Part shown: positions 62,237-64,000 of the stretch, piece after piece
Position numbering within the stretch: position 1 is the stretch's first letter
How the letters are laid out: each line of letters begins with the position of its first letter
Assembly (NCBI RefSeq): GCF_008831285.2
Contig: NC_045138.2
Coordinates: 25,730,001-25,794,000, forward strand
Source of the DNA: Nymphaea colorata
Taxonomy: Eukaryota
Reading direction: 5' to 3'
DNA: 64,000 nt
Position numbers and translations under genes: made by a program
Notes under the pieces: model-generated
What the model saw: only the letters and a program-made list of their open reading frames with translations
What the model was told of the DNA's origin: nothing
Databases searched by the model: none

Positions 62237-63649
62237 ATGGAGTCAACAGTGGTCATCTTCCCAACCACCACAACAGGCCACCTCGTCTCCGTGATTGAGC
62301 TCGCCAAATTCATCTCCCAGCTAAACCCACGCCTCTCCATCACCACCCTTTTGATGCCCAGTCCTCTAGGTCCTTCTCCAGCTTCTGCGCACACGGAGAC
62401 GGTCGCATCCACCGCCCCCAATGTCCGCTTCGTCCACCTCCCTCCAGTTGAACTGACCGTCAACCTGCAAAATGCCCAACCGGAGACCTTAGTCTCTCTC
62501 TGCGTTGAGAGGTACAAGCCCTTGGTGTCCGACCACCTCCGGTCACTTTGTGCGTCCACCAAGGTCTCCGCCTTCGTCATTGATTTGTTCTGCACCACCA
62601 TGATCGACGTCGCGGCACAGTTGAACATCCCCACATACGTCTTCTTCACCTCAGGGGCGTACCTATTGTCCTTGTTGCTGCACCTCCCCAAATTGGACGC
62701 CATGATTTCTACCGAGTTCGTAGAATGTACGACCAACATCACCATCCCCGGCATGCCTTCTCTCCCACCACACGACCTGCTGATGCCTCTCAAGGATAGG
62801 AAGAACGACGCTTACAGGTGGATGCTCTACCATTCGCGGAAGCTACACGAGATTAAGGGGTTCTTAGTGAATACGTTCGACGACTTGCAACCGCGACTTG
62901 CAGACGCCGTGCCCCAGTTGGTCGCCGGCGATGGCGCCGGCCCCACCGTTCTCCCTGTCGGACCGCTGTTGGCTCTTGACACGAACAAGGGATCGGACCA
63001 CGAATGCATCCAGTGGCTAGACGATCAACCCGATGGGTCTGTGGTTTTTCTATGTTTCGGCAGTTTGGGCGCCCTCCCTGATAACCAGCTCCGAGAAGTG
63101 GCACGTGGGCTGGAGCTTAGCGGGCAGAGGTTCTTGTGGTCCGCGCGATCTCGGCCACCGCCCGGAGAGATGATTCAGTGGCGGGACGCCAATCTGGAGG
63201 AGGTTTTGCCGGACGGCTTTTTGGAGCGGACCCGCGATCGGGGATTGGTTTGGCCGACGTGGGTGCCCCAAGTCGCCATTCTGTCACACCGATCCGTCGG
63301 TGGGTTTGTGTCGCACTGCGGGTGGAACTCTACTCTGGAGAGCGTCTGGTTCGGGGTGCCGCTGATCGCCTGGCCCCTCTTTGCAGAGCAGAGGATGAAC
63401 GCATTCGAGTTGGTGAACGATCTGGGGTTGGCTGTAGGCTTGAAGAAGGAGAGCGTCGAGGAGGACGCCTTTGTGAGGGCAGAGGAGTTGGAGAGGGCGG
63501 TGAGGCAGTTGATGGAAGGTGAGGAAGGGGAGATGGTGAGAACGAAGATGAAGGCGATGAAGGAGTCGGCAAGAAGGGCGGTGAAGGAAGGCGGATCTTC
63601 GTACAATAATTTGAAGATGGTGGTGGCTGAGTGGAGCAGAGACCAGTGA
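62237..63649 (+). CDS. UDP-glycosyltransferase, group E, 470 aa; recent duplicate of 51436-52848
   Basis: 14 amino-acid differences from the 51436 protein; 3' flank also shared up to ~63952 versus ~53151. Confidence 0.95.
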   Translation: MESTVVIFPTTTTGHLVSVIELAKFISQLNPRLSITTLLMPSPLGPSPASAHTETVASTAPNVRFVHLPPVELTVNLQNAQPETLVSLCVERYKPLVSDHLRSLCASTKVSAFVIDLFCTTMIDVAAQLNIPTYVFFTSGAYLLSLLLHLPKLDAMISTEFVECTTNITIPGMPSLPPHDLLMPLKDRKNDAYRWMLYHSRKLHEIKGFLVNTFDDLQPRLADAVPQLVAGDGAGPTVLPVGPLLALDTNKGSDHECIQWLDDQPDGSVVFLCFGSLGALPDNQLREVARGLELSGQRFLWSARSRPPPGEMIQWRDANLEEVLPDGFLERTRDRGLVWPTWVPQVAILSHRSVGGFVSHCGWNSTLESVWFGVPLIAWPLFAEQRMNAFELVNDLGLAVGLKKESVEEDAFVRAEELERAVRQLMEGEEGEMVRTKMKAMKESARRAVKEGGSSYNNLKMVVAEWSRDQ

Positions 63650-64000
63650 TTTGGCCTTCCTTCGGCCCTTCGGCATTGTTACGAACTCGTGATGGGCTTC
63701 CTCTGCGTTCTGCCTTGGCTGTATCTTTTTGTTTTTTTTTTCACTCTCTAATTTACTTTTTCTACTCCATGCCACCTAATGAAAATGTGATGTACCTCGG
63801 TAACGGCAATTTGCTTTACTCTTTCTCCCTCTCTATATTTTGTACTCTGTTTTTTGTTCTTTTGTTCGCCGCTGTCTTCGAATCTCAATCCTGAAAGACA
63901 CCGTAGTTACAAACATTCAAAAAGTTTACAATACTCATAAAATGCAGGTTTCCCAATTTTACGATCTGTTTTATTTCTTTGGTAAGCCAAATGCATATTT

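Noticed and set aside
1..64000. Plant biosynthetic gene cluster
   Set aside because: Only one enzyme family is present; TPX2, SPL and POLH are not pathway enzymes

Overview
Angiosperm nuclear DNA. The window is dominated by a birth-and-death tandem array of intronless group-E (UGT71/UGT88-like) UDP-glycosyltransferases. There are six intact ORFs (9689+, 36686-, 41136+, 47065+, 51436+, 62237+) and four pseudogenes or remnants, one of which (~33870-34250) is largely missed by the ORF track. The array is interrupted by a multi-exon TPX2 gene with MSA promoter elements and a convergent SPL3/4/5-type SBP-box gene with a miR156 site in its 3' UTR. A truncated DNA polymerase eta (POLH) pseudogene lies between two recently duplicated UGTs. 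Mobile DNA comprises a complete but stop-codon-inactivated Ty1/Copia element (LTRs, PBS, PPT, 5-bp TSD), an older Copia remnant, two hAT-type MITEs, a SINE-like insert, a TRIM-like remnant, a LINE fragment and an inverted pair of LTR-like repeats. I see no convincing evidence of a wholly novel biological system. The best leads are how the UGT array evolves (internal deletions, patchy paralog exchange, promoter duplication, co-duplicated POLH) and a structured hairpin/G-quadruplex cassette in the Copia LTR.
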